Made by a program: the position numbers and the translations under genes. This document shows, in pieces, positions 1-9,042 of a stretch of 64,000 bases of DNA. How positions within the stretch are numbered: position 1 is the stretch's first letter; each line of letters opens with the position of its first letter. The notes under the pieces were generated by a model. The model saw nothing but the letters and a program-made list of their open reading frames with translations. It was not told the DNA's origin and made no database searches. The DNA lies in the NCBI GenBank assembly GCA_016936975.1, contig JAFGWU010000014.1:23529-87528 (forward strand), given 5' to 3'. The stretch comes from Bacteroidales bacterium. Lineage in GTDB: Bacteria > Bacteroidota > Bacteroidia > Bacteroidales > GCA-2748055.

Positions 1-1815
1 ATACTGCCGGGAATATACTTAATTCTGGCATTCCTCTACATCTTTTTCATTACAAGGCCCGAATTCTATTTTCACCACGTCCAGCCCCCTTTTATCCTGA
101 GCATCGATTACCTGGTCCCTTACCTTAAAGTACCGGGAGGACTTTCAGAAATGATCGCCAATCTTTTTATGCAATCCTTCTGTTACCGGGTTCCGGGAAC
201 GATCGTATTATTTGGCCTGGCTGGTTTCATCGGATGGCTGGCACTCGAACTGATGAACCTGATCCGGACCAGCAGGCTGAACCGGATATGGGCCCTGATA
301 CCTTTCAGCCTTACGATCATTCTGACCAACCATTATAACTTCCCTTTTTCAGTCATTGTTTCACTGCTGATCGTACTGACCTGCTCTTTGCTCCTGGCCA
401 AAAAAGGAAAACGCCCCGCAGGCATCCTGATCCTTTACACCTTCGGGTCCCTGATGGTATATTATTCCTCGGGAAGCGGTTATATGATTCTTTTCTCACT
501 GATGGCATGGTTCTTTACCTTCCGGTTTAATCTCTGGAAAAGCCTGTTGATCGCCCTCTTTATTGCAGGATTTACCTTTTTTTTCTGCCGTGTTGCCTCT
601 GCAACCCTGTTTCCAATACCTCAGGAACACACCTTTTTCTATTTCTTCCCCGGGAAAATCTATTTCATGACCTTTGAGCCAAATGTCATATTTTATATTT
701 ACCTGTTATCGGTTCCGGGTCTGTTACTGCTGGCCTTCATCATGACCGGGATACAACGGGAGAAAAGAACGGATTCGTCGAAAAAGGTTATCATGATGGC
801 GGGCAAGGCATTTGCCGTTGCCACATTACTGGCCCTCACATTCTCTGGTCACCGGGCCACCTGCCGGGGCGATGCAGGAAAGATTGTGGCCGTCGATTAT
901 TATTGCTATCATAATGATACGGCACGAACCGCAAAGGTTGCCAGAAGTCTGGATAATTATAGTCTGACTGCTAACCTGAATTACAACCTTGCCATCAGCA
1001 AAGCCGGAACCATGACGGAAGATTTTTTTAAGTTCCTGCAACTGGCAGGGACCGATGCACTGCATCCCGATGCGGAGTTTGATCCGGAAAAGTCATTTAT
1101 AGCTGCAGATTTTTATTATAATCTGGGTTATATCACCGAAGCCAGGCACTGGGCATACGCATCCCTGGTGGATTTTCCCTACAGTCCCCGGGCATTGAGG
1201 ATCCTGGTGAAAATACATCTGATCACAGGGGAGTACAATGCGGCCCGGAGGTGCCTGATTATCTTAAGCAAAGGACTCACAAACAGAAAATTCGTAAGGG
1301 AATTTTCCCCTTACCTGCAGGATACATCGATGATTGAAACCTGCAGAGAGATTATGGAAAAAAGAAATTTCATCCCGGCTGAGAAAGAGCTGACCCCATT
1401 TATTGATGTGAGATTCCGGGAGCTTCTTGAGGCAAACGCACGAAACAAGTTTGCCTATGAGCATCTGGTGCTCTATTACCTCCTGGATGCACAGCTGGAA
1501 CGTTTCATGGAACTTTATGAAGATGCGGACAACTATTTCAGCGAACCTGTGGATATCTATGAAGAGGCTATATTGATGTTTGGTGAAGTGAATGATAGTC
1601 CTGTGAATCAACCATATCAAATCAGCCCCGGAACCATGGCCCGGTACAGGGAGTTTAACAGCATCCTTGAGCAATATGAAGGAGATGAGAAGATGGCCAG
1701 AAATGTGCTCTACTGGAAAATGGGTACCGGTTACCTCTATTATTTCCACTTTATTTATCCACGCATAGTAAAACCTGTAATCATTTATCCGGAAGATGAA
1801 GAACCACCGATATAG
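1..1815 (+). CDS. Polytopic membrane protein with a soluble TPR-like helical C-terminal half; probably 5'-truncated by the window edge
   Basis: ORF track gives 151..1815, but the same frame has no stop from nt 1 and encodes a hydrophobic segment (GIYLILAFLYIFFI), so the gene likely starts left of the window. The N-terminal ~230 aa form several hydrophobic helices and the C-terminal half is helical-repeat-like. I did not recognise the family. Confidence 0.75.
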   Translation: MLPGIYLILAFLYIFFITRPEFYFHHVQPPFILSIDYLVPYLKVPGGLSEMIANLFMQSFCYRVPGTIVLFGLAGFIGWLALELMNLIRTSRLNRIWALIPFSLTIILTNHYNFPFSVIVSLLIVLTCSLLLAKKGKRPAGILILYTFGSLMVYYSSGSGYMILFSLMAWFFTFRFNLWKSLLIALFIAGFTFFFCRVASATLFPIPQEHTFFYFFPGKIYFMTFEPNVIFYIYLLSVPGLLLLAFIMTGIQREKRTDSSKKVIMMAGKAFAVATLLALTFSGHRATCRGDAGKIVAVDYYCYHNDTARTAKVARSLDNYSLTANLNYNLAISKAGTMTEDFFKFLQLAGTDALHPDAEFDPEKSFIAADFYYNLGYITEARHWAYASLVDFPYSPRALRILVKIHLITGEYNAARRCLIILSKGLTNRKFVREFSPYLQDTSMIETCREIMEKRNFIPAEKELTPFIDVRFRELLEANARNKFAYEHLVLYYLLDAQLERFMELYEDADNYFSEPVDIYEEAILMFGEVNDSPVNQPYQISPGTMARYREFNSILEQYEGDEKMARNVLYWKMGTGYLYYFHFIYPRIVKPVIIYPEDEEPPI

Positions 1816-3304
1816 CGAAAAACCTTTTCCCGGGTCCTTCCCCCGGCATATTCTGTTCCACGGTCTGGTTGCGGTGATTATCACCATGCTTGCAGGCTGC
1901 AGGGGAGATGACCGTAGCAACTCCGAGGCAAACAGGGTGGCAAAACTATTTCCGCCCTATTACGATCTGACCATACCACCGAACATCGCTCCCCTCAATT
2001 TCATCATTCAGGAACCGGGTTCAGGATTCAGGGTTGAGATATCAGCCGGTAACAGCAAAACCATTAAAATCCGGCAATGCTCTCCCGAAATTACAATCCC
2101 TCTCCAGAAATGGCACAATATCCTTTCCGGTAATTCCGGGAAAACAGTGCAGGTGAATATCAGTGTCCTGGACCACAACAGGTGGACACGGTATGAACCG
2201 ATCACGCATCATATCGCTTCGGATCCCATTGATCCGGTCCTGGCTTACCGGAAGGTTCATGCCGTGTATCTGATCTGGAGAGAAATGGGGATCTACACCC
2301 GTAACCTTACCAATTTCGATGAACGTCCGCTTATTGAAAATTATTCAACCGGTTATGGATGCATGAATTGTCATTCATTTTCAAATAATGATCCATCGAA
2401 AATGCTCATTCATTTCCGCATTGTCCATCCGGGAACCCTTATATTGAACGAGGGAATGCTTTTAAAGGTTAATACACGCACACCGGATGCCATGTCTGCC
2501 GGGATCTATCCCTCCTGGCACCCTGACGGAAACCATATCGCATTTTCCACAGGGAAAATCAGCCCCCATCTTACGACCCGGTTGAACAAAGTGGTGGATG
2601 TGGCCGACAGGTCCTCGGACCTGGTGGTGTATGATGTTAAAAACAATACGGTTACAACCTCACCCGGGATATCCACCGGGATGCGGGAAAATATGCCGGC
2701 CTGGTCTGCCGATGGAAGGTACCTTTATTTTATTTGCGCCCCTGAAGCCGTAAAAGGGGATGACGAGAGCCTGTTGCATTCGAGGTACAGCCTGATGCGG
2801 ATTGCTTACAGCACAAAGCTGAATTCCTGGGGTGAGCCTGAAATGGTCTTAAGTGCCGATTCAACAGGGATGAGCATATCCATGCCCTCGGTCTCTCCCG
2901 GCGGAAAATACCTGGTCTGTTCAATGACGGATTATGGCTACTTTACAATCTTCCATAAAGGGAGCGATCTGTATGTTGTTGATCTGGAAACAAATAATTA
3001 CAGGAAACTTGAACTTAACAGCGGGAGTGCCGAAAGTCATCCATCCTGGTCGTCCAACGGAAGGTGGCTGGTCTTCAGCAGTAAACGGATGGACGATGTG
3101 TTGTCGCGGACCTATATTGCGTATTTCGACAGAAACGGGGTGGCCCATACCCCGTTTGTTCTGCCTATAAAAAATCCCGGGTCGTACCATACATCAGTCT
3201 TTAACTACAACCTTCCCAGGCTGGTAACCGGCAGAATTGAAACAGGTCCGGTTGACATACGGGATGCGTTACAAAAAGGATCCCTGGAGGTTGACTTTGA
3301 GTGA
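1796..3304 (+). CDS. Lipoprotein with a TolB/PD40-like beta-propeller and a single CxxCH (heme c) motif
   Basis: Lipobox ITMLAGC. CMNCH is encoded at nt 2360-2374. PD40-like blades are present (SWHPDGNHIAFS, PAWSADGRYLYF, SVSPGGKYLVCS, PSWSSNGRWLVFSS). A 20-nt overlap with the upstream ORF suggests co-translation. Confidence 0.8.
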   Translation: MKNHRYSEKPFPGSFPRHILFHGLVAVIITMLAGCRGDDRSNSEANRVAKLFPPYYDLTIPPNIAPLNFIIQEPGSGFRVEISAGNSKTIKIRQCSPEITIPLQKWHNILSGNSGKTVQVNISVLDHNRWTRYEPITHHIASDPIDPVLAYRKVHAVYLIWREMGIYTRNLTNFDERPLIENYSTGYGCMNCHSFSNNDPSKMLIHFRIVHPGTLILNEGMLLKVNTRTPDAMSAGIYPSWHPDGNHIAFSTGKISPHLTTRLNKVVDVADRSSDLVVYDVKNNTVTTSPGISTGMRENMPAWSADGRYLYFICAPEAVKGDDESLLHSRYSLMRIAYSTKLNSWGEPEMVLSADSTGMSISMPSVSPGGKYLVCSMTDYGYFTIFHKGSDLYVVDLETNNYRKLELNSGSAESHPSWSSNGRWLVFSSKRMDDVLSRTYIAYFDRNGVAHTPFVLPIKNPGSYHTSVFNYNLPRLVTGRIETGPVDIRDALQKGSLEVDFE

Positions 3305-3397
3305 CCTGCCTGTTCCTGATATAATTTGTTATTAGGAGTTTAAACCAGAAGCAACCCTTATTCTTCCTGCCCCATCTTGTGTTCAGATTAGCTGCTT

Positions 3398-3925
3398 ATG
3401 AAAAAGTCATTGTTCTTTATACTGATCCTTCTGATTTATGCCTCATGCGAGACGGTTGATAACCTTCCTTCCGGAGGACAACCGGTTTATTTCGAATACG
3501 AATACATCAACTTTGCATGGGGCTACCAGTTTAACGGGTGGATTATCGACAGTGAAGGAAATGTCAGGTACTATGAATTTCCGGAAGATTGGAAGAGCGC
3601 CGACAGAACCGGGTTTATCGGACAGGCAGACCTGGCATATAATATCAGCCTGGCGGATTCGGTTATTAAAACCATCGGTTCAACAGAATTAATGAATCAT
3701 GTTGCCCTGATTGAAGGGGCAAAGGATGGACATATTTCCGAACGGGTAAATACGGCATGTGATGCCGGAACGGCGTCCCTTTATTGTTATTGGTATCACT
3801 CGACAGAGGCAGCCTGCAAGAAAATCTTCCTGGCTGCGTCCGGGGACTTTACCTGGAAGAATGAGTCTGAGGAAGCTGAAGAACTGGTCAGATGGCTTAA
3901 GAAGTTTGGCGTTTTTTGGCTTTGA
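3398..3925 (+). CDS. Small lipoprotein of unknown function
   Basis: 175-aa ORF with a signal peptide plus lipobox (LLIYASC). No recognisable family. Confidence 0.65.
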   Translation: MKKSLFFILILLIYASCETVDNLPSGGQPVYFEYEYINFAWGYQFNGWIIDSEGNVRYYEFPEDWKSADRTGFIGQADLAYNISLADSVIKTIGSTELMNHVALIEGAKDGHISERVNTACDAGTASLYCYWYHSTEAACKKIFLAASGDFTWKNESEEAEELVRWLKKFGVFWL

Positions 3926-3945
3926 ATCCCCCTTCAGTCTATCAG

Positions 3946-4001
3946 GACCCTGAACCCTGGACCCTGAACCCTGCACCCTGCACCCTGGACCCTGCACCCT
4001 C
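3946..4001. repeat. Tandem heptamer array (NACCCTG)x8; the minus strand reads (CAGGGTN)x8
   Basis: Direct reading: gaccctg aaccctg gaccctg aaccctg caccctg caccctg gaccctg caccctc. It lies between the convergent stops of 3398..3925 (+) and fhs (-). Confidence 0.95.
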
Positions 4002-4037
4002 AATCGCCCAATGGCCCATTATCCAGGGAACCGTTAC

Positions 4038-5705
4038 TTAAAACAGTCCCGAAATATTTCCCTCATTATCGATGTCGATATTTTCGGCCGCCGGTTTGGA
4101 GGGGAGACCGGGCATACGCATGATGGTCCCGGTGATGGGGATCACAAATCCTGCTCCGGACGCAATCTCGATCTCGCGCACGGTCACGACAAAATCCTTC
4201 GGACGACCCAGCAGTTCGGGATTGTCCGAAAGGGATTTCTGTGTCTTTGCAATGCAAACAGGCAGGTTATCGAGACCGAGGTCCTTGATCTTTTGTAAAT
4301 CCTGCTTTGCCTGGGCAGTGTAGTCGACCGCTTCAGCCCCGTAAATGCATCTGGCGATGGTTTCCACCTTTTTCTCCGTGGGCCAGTCCCATTCATAAAG
4401 GGGCGTAAACGGCCGGTCGTTCCGGTTCACCACTTCGGCCACCTTATTGGCCAGATCCTTTGCCCCTTCTCCGCCCTTTGCCCATACATCGGCCACCGCA
4501 CAGGCGACTCCAAGTTTCCCTGCATGCTCCGTGATCGCCCCGATCTCCTCGTCGGTGTCTGATTTGAACCGGTTGATGGAGATGATGCACTCGGTGGAAA
4601 ACCTTTTGATGTTCTCTACATGTTTATCCAGATTGGCCAATCCTTTCCGGAGGGCCTCCACATTGGGTTCCCCAAGTTTATTTTGCTCAATCCCCCCGTG
4701 ATATTTGAGGGCCCTGATGGTGGCCACAAGCACTACGGCGCGGGGCGATAACCCTGCACTGCGGCATTTGATATCGAAGAATTTCTCGGCTCCCAGATCA
4801 AAACCGAACCCGGCCTCGGTGACGACATACTCTGAATGCGACAGTCCCATTCTTGTGGCAATGACGGAATTGGTACCCTGTGCAATGTTGGCGAACGGAC
4901 CGCCATGGATAATGGCCGGATTTCCCTCCAGGGTCTGAACCAGGTTCGGTTTGATGGCATCCTTCAGCAAGACCGTCATGGCGCCTTCGGCATGGAGGTC
5001 CCTGGCATACACAGGTTTCTTATCATAGGTATACCCGATGAAAATGTTCCCAATCCTCTTTTTGAGATCGGAGAGGTTATCGGCAAGGCATAGGATCGCC
5101 ATGATCTCCGATGCGGCAGTGATGTCAAATCCCGATTCACGGGGCACGCCGGAAGTGGTTCCTCCCAGGCCGATAATGATCCGCCGGAGGGCACGATCGT
5201 TCATGTCCATCACCCGTTTCCACTTCACAGTGCGCGGATCAATGCCAATGGAACCTGTTTTGCTCTGAATGTTATTGTCTATCAATGCAGCCAACAGGTT
5301 ATGTGCCTTTTCAATGGCGGCAAAATCGCCCGTGAAGTGCAGGTTGATATCTTCCATCGGCAGGACCTGACTGTATCCGCCGCCCGTGGCACCTCCCTTG
5401 ATTCCGAAAACAGGTCCCAGGGAAGGCTCCCTCAATACTACCGTGGTCTGGTAGCCCAGCCTGTTCATCCCTTCCGCCAGCCCGATGGAAGTGGTGGTTT
5501 TGCCCTCTCCGGCCGGAGTGGGGGAGATTGCAGAGACCAAAATGAGTTTTCCCTTTCTTACCTTCTCCGGATCAATCAGGTCCAGCGGCAGTTTGGCGAT
5601 ATACTTACCGTAGAAGTGAAGTTTTTCGGATTCAATATTAAGTCCCGAAGCAATCTCCGGGATGGGTCTGAGCGTTGTAGCCCGGGCAATGTCAATGTCG
5701 GTCAT
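4038..5705 (-). CDS. fhs: Formate--tetrahydrofolate ligase
   Basis: 555 aa. The N-terminus (MTDIDIARATTLRPIPEIASGLNI), P-loop region (SPTPAGEGKTTTSIGL) and length are typical of Fhs. Confidence 0.97.
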   Translation of the reverse strand: MTDIDIARATTLRPIPEIASGLNIESEKLHFYGKYIAKLPLDLIDPEKVRKGKLILVSAISPTPAGEGKTTTSIGLAEGMNRLGYQTTVVLREPSLGPVFGIKGGATGGGYSQVLPMEDINLHFTGDFAAIEKAHNLLAALIDNNIQSKTGSIGIDPRTVKWKRVMDMNDRALRRIIIGLGGTTSGVPRESGFDITAASEIMAILCLADNLSDLKKRIGNIFIGYTYDKKPVYARDLHAEGAMTVLLKDAIKPNLVQTLEGNPAIIHGGPFANIAQGTNSVIATRMGLSHSEYVVTEAGFGFDLGAEKFFDIKCRSAGLSPRAVVLVATIRALKYHGGIEQNKLGEPNVEALRKGLANLDKHVENIKRFSTECIISINRFKSDTDEEIGAITEHAGKLGVACAVADVWAKGGEGAKDLANKVAEVVNRNDRPFTPLYEWDWPTEKKVETIARCIYGAEAVDYTAQAKQDLQKIKDLGLDNLPVCIAKTQKSLSDNPELLGRPKDFVVTVREIEIASGAGFVIPITGTIMRMPGLPSKPAAENIDIDNEGNISGLF

Positions 5706-5905
5706 GGACTTTTGTGCTAAGGTTTTGTAACAAATGGATGCGAATTCCTAAAATTACTATTTTATTGGTGAAACACAAATTCCGGTTGGCAGCAGGCCGA
5801 ACCTGCACCATGCACCAGTCAATTAATCCCGACAGGTTTCCAAAGGATCCCAGAAAATGTCCCGATCTCTTCAAAGGTCAGCCTTGTGACGTCTGATTAC
5901 TGTCA

Positions 5906-6346
5906 AATGGCTCCGGAACCTGACACAATGTCACCGGAATGTCTTCAGATGCGGGGTGAAGGCTAACAAATGCGGACTGAAGGTTAACAAATGCGGACTG
6001 AAGGTTAACAAATGCGGACTGAAGGTTAACAAATGCGGCGTGAAGGTGATCAGATGGCACCGGAAGCTGACATAATGTCACCGGAATGGGCTCAAATGCG
6101 ATCTGAATGTCTCCAGATGCGGGGTGAATGTTAACAGAAACGGATTGAAGGTTAACAAATGCCGAGTGAAGGTCATCAGATGGCACCCGAAGCTGACACA
6201 ATGTCACCGGAATGTCTTCAGATGCGGGGTGAAGGCTAACAAATGCGGACGGAAGGTCAACAAATGCCGAGTGAAGGTGATCAGATGGCATCCGAAGCTG
6301 ACACAATGTCACCGTAATGGACTCAAATGCGATCTCGAATCCGCAT
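5906..6346. repeat. Array of 21 consecutive 21-bp units in perfect phase, with a higher-order A-B-C(n)-D-E structure
   Basis: The units read RATGnnnnnnGAAkGnnnnCA. AATGCGGACTGAAGGTTAACA is repeated three times identically at 5969-6031. 5927-5968 is identical to 6200-6241 (42/42). It lies in the divergent fhs/GH31 intergenic region. Confidence 0.95.
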
Positions 6347-6385
6347 CTGTCCGACCGCCAAAGGACCAGGTTTGCCAAATAATTG

Positions 6386-6393
6386 TACTTTTG
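6386..6393 (+). promoter_or_regulatory. Candidate Bacteroidota -7 promoter box (TACTTTTG matches TAnnTTTG) for the GH31 gene
   Basis: Exact match to the TAnnTTTG consensus, 52-58 nt upstream of the ATG at 6445/6451. Motif match only. Confidence 0.4.
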
Positions 6394-6444
6394 AGGAACC
6401 GATTTATCCATCTCCTGTATATTTAACACAGGACCCCGATCCAT

Positions 6445-9042
6445 ATGTACATGAAGATTAAACCAATTCTATTTTTTCTGTGCCTGGGATTCATGATCGT
6501 TTCCCGGTCCAATTCGCAGTCGATCGTTACAGTGACCGAAGAGGCTGATCAATTTCTCCTCTCCTCGGAAGCCCTGCACCTGAAAATTAAAAAAGATCCC
6601 TGGCATATCTCCGTTTATGACACGAAAGGGAATTTCATCTCCGGGGAGAAAAGCGGGGAGGTCTTCCTGTTCGGGACAGACCGGATCAGGGGTTGTGAAA
6701 GCGGTGATTATATTGAGATGGGATACGACACGCTGGTGAAAAGGGATCCTCATTTCTACCACCTGTATGATGAATCGGTCATCATCGGCGAATCGGTGGT
6801 TTTTGAATGTTTTACGGAATCGGGGAAAGCAGCACAGGTTTATGTAACCTTTCGAAATCCGTTTGTGTTCAGCGTATGGATGACCGTGCCCGATGTCGTC
6901 CAGCCTGTACGGCACCGGTTTGTTTCCGATGAGGGTGAGCATTTCTTCGGACTGGGGGAGTGCTGGGATGCGAGATCTCTGGATTTAAAAGGCCTTTCAA
7001 TTACCATGAACAATTCCTCTGGCACGCCCGACCAGGGTGGCTATATCCCTTTTTATGTCAGCACAGAAGGTTACGGGATCCTGGTGGACAATAACCTGAA
7101 GGTGAATTTCAATTTCACGGAGAGCGATGAGGTGTTCATCACTGCTCCGGCCATAAGCGGAAGTGAGGACGGGGCCGGCTATTTTTACGGTTCTTCCCTG
7201 CTCTATTACTTTTATTACGGACCCGGTCTGCTGGATGTCCTGGACCGGTTCACCGAACATGTTTCGAGACCTGCTCTGCCTCCTTCATGGGCCCTGTTCT
7301 CAACCTGGCAGTGGAGGGATACCAACGACGAAGCCAACGTATATAAGGATGCCGCCGGCATGCGTGATGAAGGGATACCCTGCGGATTGATCTGGATCGA
7401 CCGGCCCTGGGCGCAGGGAAGCGAGAACATGCCCCCTCCCTTTGAGTGGCAGACATCGAGATACCCCAACGGAAGCACCATGTTCGGCGACCTGCAGGAC
7501 GGGGGATATAAAACCGGCGTATGGGTGGCCAGGAACCTGTACGGCAGTTTTGCCGATTCAATGAATTACAAGCAGCTGAAGCTCGACACCAGACCATTCA
7601 TTGAGCGGGACAACTGCCAGATGTACAAGATCGACCGGGGGAACGTACAGAGTATCGACCCCCTGTTCACCTGCCAGGCTTACTACGAGGCCTGGGACGA
7701 TGTGCTGCACGGCGATTTCGTCACCCTGCCCCGGACCATTGCGAATCGCGCCCAGCAATATGTCTCCGGAAAATGGCCCGGGGACAATGATAATACCTAC
7801 GATTATCCCAGCGGACTGAAAGCCAACATTGCAGCCATGCTGAACCTGGCCATTGCCGGTTTCCCCTTCTGGGGAAGCGATACGGGAGGGTTCCCCGATC
7901 CGCCGGGCAATAACGTTACCATCCGGTGGGCACAGTTCTCCAGCTTCTGCACCATCTTTGAAACAGCCGGGACACCCTATAATTACAGCGGGACCTACCG
8001 GGACCTCTACCGGAAGTATGCCGAACTCTATACCCGCATGTTCCCCTACCGCTGGACCTATGCCCGGATGGCACATGAAAAGGGACACCCTGTTACTAGA
8101 GCCCTGCCTTTAGTGTTTCCGCAGGATGAAACAGGTTATGGAGAAAAATTTGAATATCTGTACGGCGACTGGATCCTGGTGGCCCCGGTAGTGGACGCCA
8201 CCTTTTCCAGGGATGTCTATCTGCCGGAAGGGACATGGTACGACTGGTGGGACGGTATGCCATATGAAGGCCCCATGACCATTAACGGTTATCCCGCGCC
8301 GGAAGATAAACTGCCCCTGTTCATTAAAGCAGGTGCCATAATCCCCATGATCGATGTTCAGCAAACCTGGCTGGATGCCAGCATGGATCCCATTACTCTC
8401 AGGATGTATCCTGAAGGGGAATCGGAATTCACCATTCTGGGAGATACCATTATTTATGAAGGTTTGGAGAAGCCGTATACCGGTTTAAAGACTACAAATG
8501 TCAAATGTTCAAAGACAGTGGGTGAAATCCGGATTGTTACCGGGGAGGTAACCGGATCACTCATCTATGAGTTACATCCCGGGGGAATCCCGCTTTCGGT
8601 GGAAAAGAATGAAACCGCTTTGCAGCAATTCAATTCCCGTTCCGAATGGGAGACAGCCCACGAAGGCTGGTATTATGAAGCCGGAAACGGCTCCATTGCC
8701 TGGATCAAAACTGCTGGTGGTGAACCGCGTGCCGATACCCTGCTGGTATTTTATGAGGATTTTGTCGCCACGGAATCTTTCATTGGGTTTTCTTCATTTG
8801 AGATTGTTCCCAATCCGGTCGGGGAGAAAGGAAAGATAGTGATAAACCTGACCCGCAACGCAATGGTTCAGATTGATGTGGTGGATATCCTCGGGCGGCA
8901 GGCTGTCCGGATGCCTGATGAATCCCATGCACCCGGGAGACATGAAATCGATCTCCCCGTTGACGGGCTCTACAGCGGACTTTACCTGGTAACCTGCAGG
9001 GTAAACGGGTCCTGCGGAACGGAGTTGATGGTGGTACGGTAG
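6445..9042 (+). CDS. Glycoside hydrolase family 31 (alpha-glucosidase/alpha-xylosidase type) with a T9SS C-terminal sorting domain
   Basis: Signal peptide present. GH31-like motifs GLIWIDRPW and KWPGDNDNTYD. The C-terminal ~80 aa (FEIVPNPVGEKGKIVINL...GLYLVTCRVNGSCGTELMVVR) match the T9SS type A CTD pattern. Alternative start at 6451 (MKIKPILFF). Confidence 0.85.
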   Translation: MYMKIKPILFFLCLGFMIVSRSNSQSIVTVTEEADQFLLSSEALHLKIKKDPWHISVYDTKGNFISGEKSGEVFLFGTDRIRGCESGDYIEMGYDTLVKRDPHFYHLYDESVIIGESVVFECFTESGKAAQVYVTFRNPFVFSVWMTVPDVVQPVRHRFVSDEGEHFFGLGECWDARSLDLKGLSITMNNSSGTPDQGGYIPFYVSTEGYGILVDNNLKVNFNFTESDEVFITAPAISGSEDGAGYFYGSSLLYYFYYGPGLLDVLDRFTEHVSRPALPPSWALFSTWQWRDTNDEANVYKDAAGMRDEGIPCGLIWIDRPWAQGSENMPPPFEWQTSRYPNGSTMFGDLQDGGYKTGVWVARNLYGSFADSMNYKQLKLDTRPFIERDNCQMYKIDRGNVQSIDPLFTCQAYYEAWDDVLHGDFVTLPRTIANRAQQYVSGKWPGDNDNTYDYPSGLKANIAAMLNLAIAGFPFWGSDTGGFPDPPGNNVTIRWAQFSSFCTIFETAGTPYNYSGTYRDLYRKYAELYTRMFPYRWTYARMAHEKGHPVTRALPLVFPQDETGYGEKFEYLYGDWILVAPVVDATFSRDVYLPEGTWYDWWDGMPYEGPMTINGYPAPEDKLPLFIKAGAIIPMIDVQQTWLDASMDPITLRMYPEGESEFTILGDTIIYEGLEKPYTGLKTTNVKCSKTVGEIRIVTGEVTGSLIYELHPGGIPLSVEKNETALQQFNSRSEWETAHEGWYYEAGNGSIAWIKTAGGEPRADTLLVFYEDFVATESFIGFSSFEIVPNPVGEKGKIVINLTRNAMVQIDVVDILGRQAVRMPDESHAPGRHEIDLPVDGLYSGLYLVTCRVNGSCGTELMVVR

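Noticed and set aside
3689-4003. 104-aa minus-strand ORF reading MRVQGPGCRVQGSGSRVQGP...
   Set aside because: Its N-terminus is simply the heptamer array translated, and the rest is antisense to the well-supported lipoprotein ORF 3398..3925. It is an artefact of the repeat.
5906-6346. CRISPR array or plasmid-type iteron origin as an explanation for the 21-bp array
   Set aside because: The units are contiguous with no unique spacers, and no cas genes are present. There is no rep, dnaA or par gene and no AT-rich unwinding element next to the array, so neither model fits.
5906-6346. Resemblance of the translated repeat (IPVTLCQ) to the TALE repeat ending LLPVLCQ
   Set aside because: The super-period is irregular (35, 42 and 49 aa) and the remaining positions do not match the 33-35 aa TALE-like consensus. 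It is most likely coincidence.
5878-6444. 188-aa minus-strand ORF (and the 100-aa plus-strand ORF 6124..6426) spanning the 21-bp array, as protein-coding genes
   Set aside because: Not called as CDS, because open frames on both strands are expected from a stop-free repeat unit. The product is nearly uncharged with no recognisable fold or signal. A GH31 -7 box lies inside the ORF, and its start abuts the GH31 ATG. It is kept as an open question in the findings rather than annotated.
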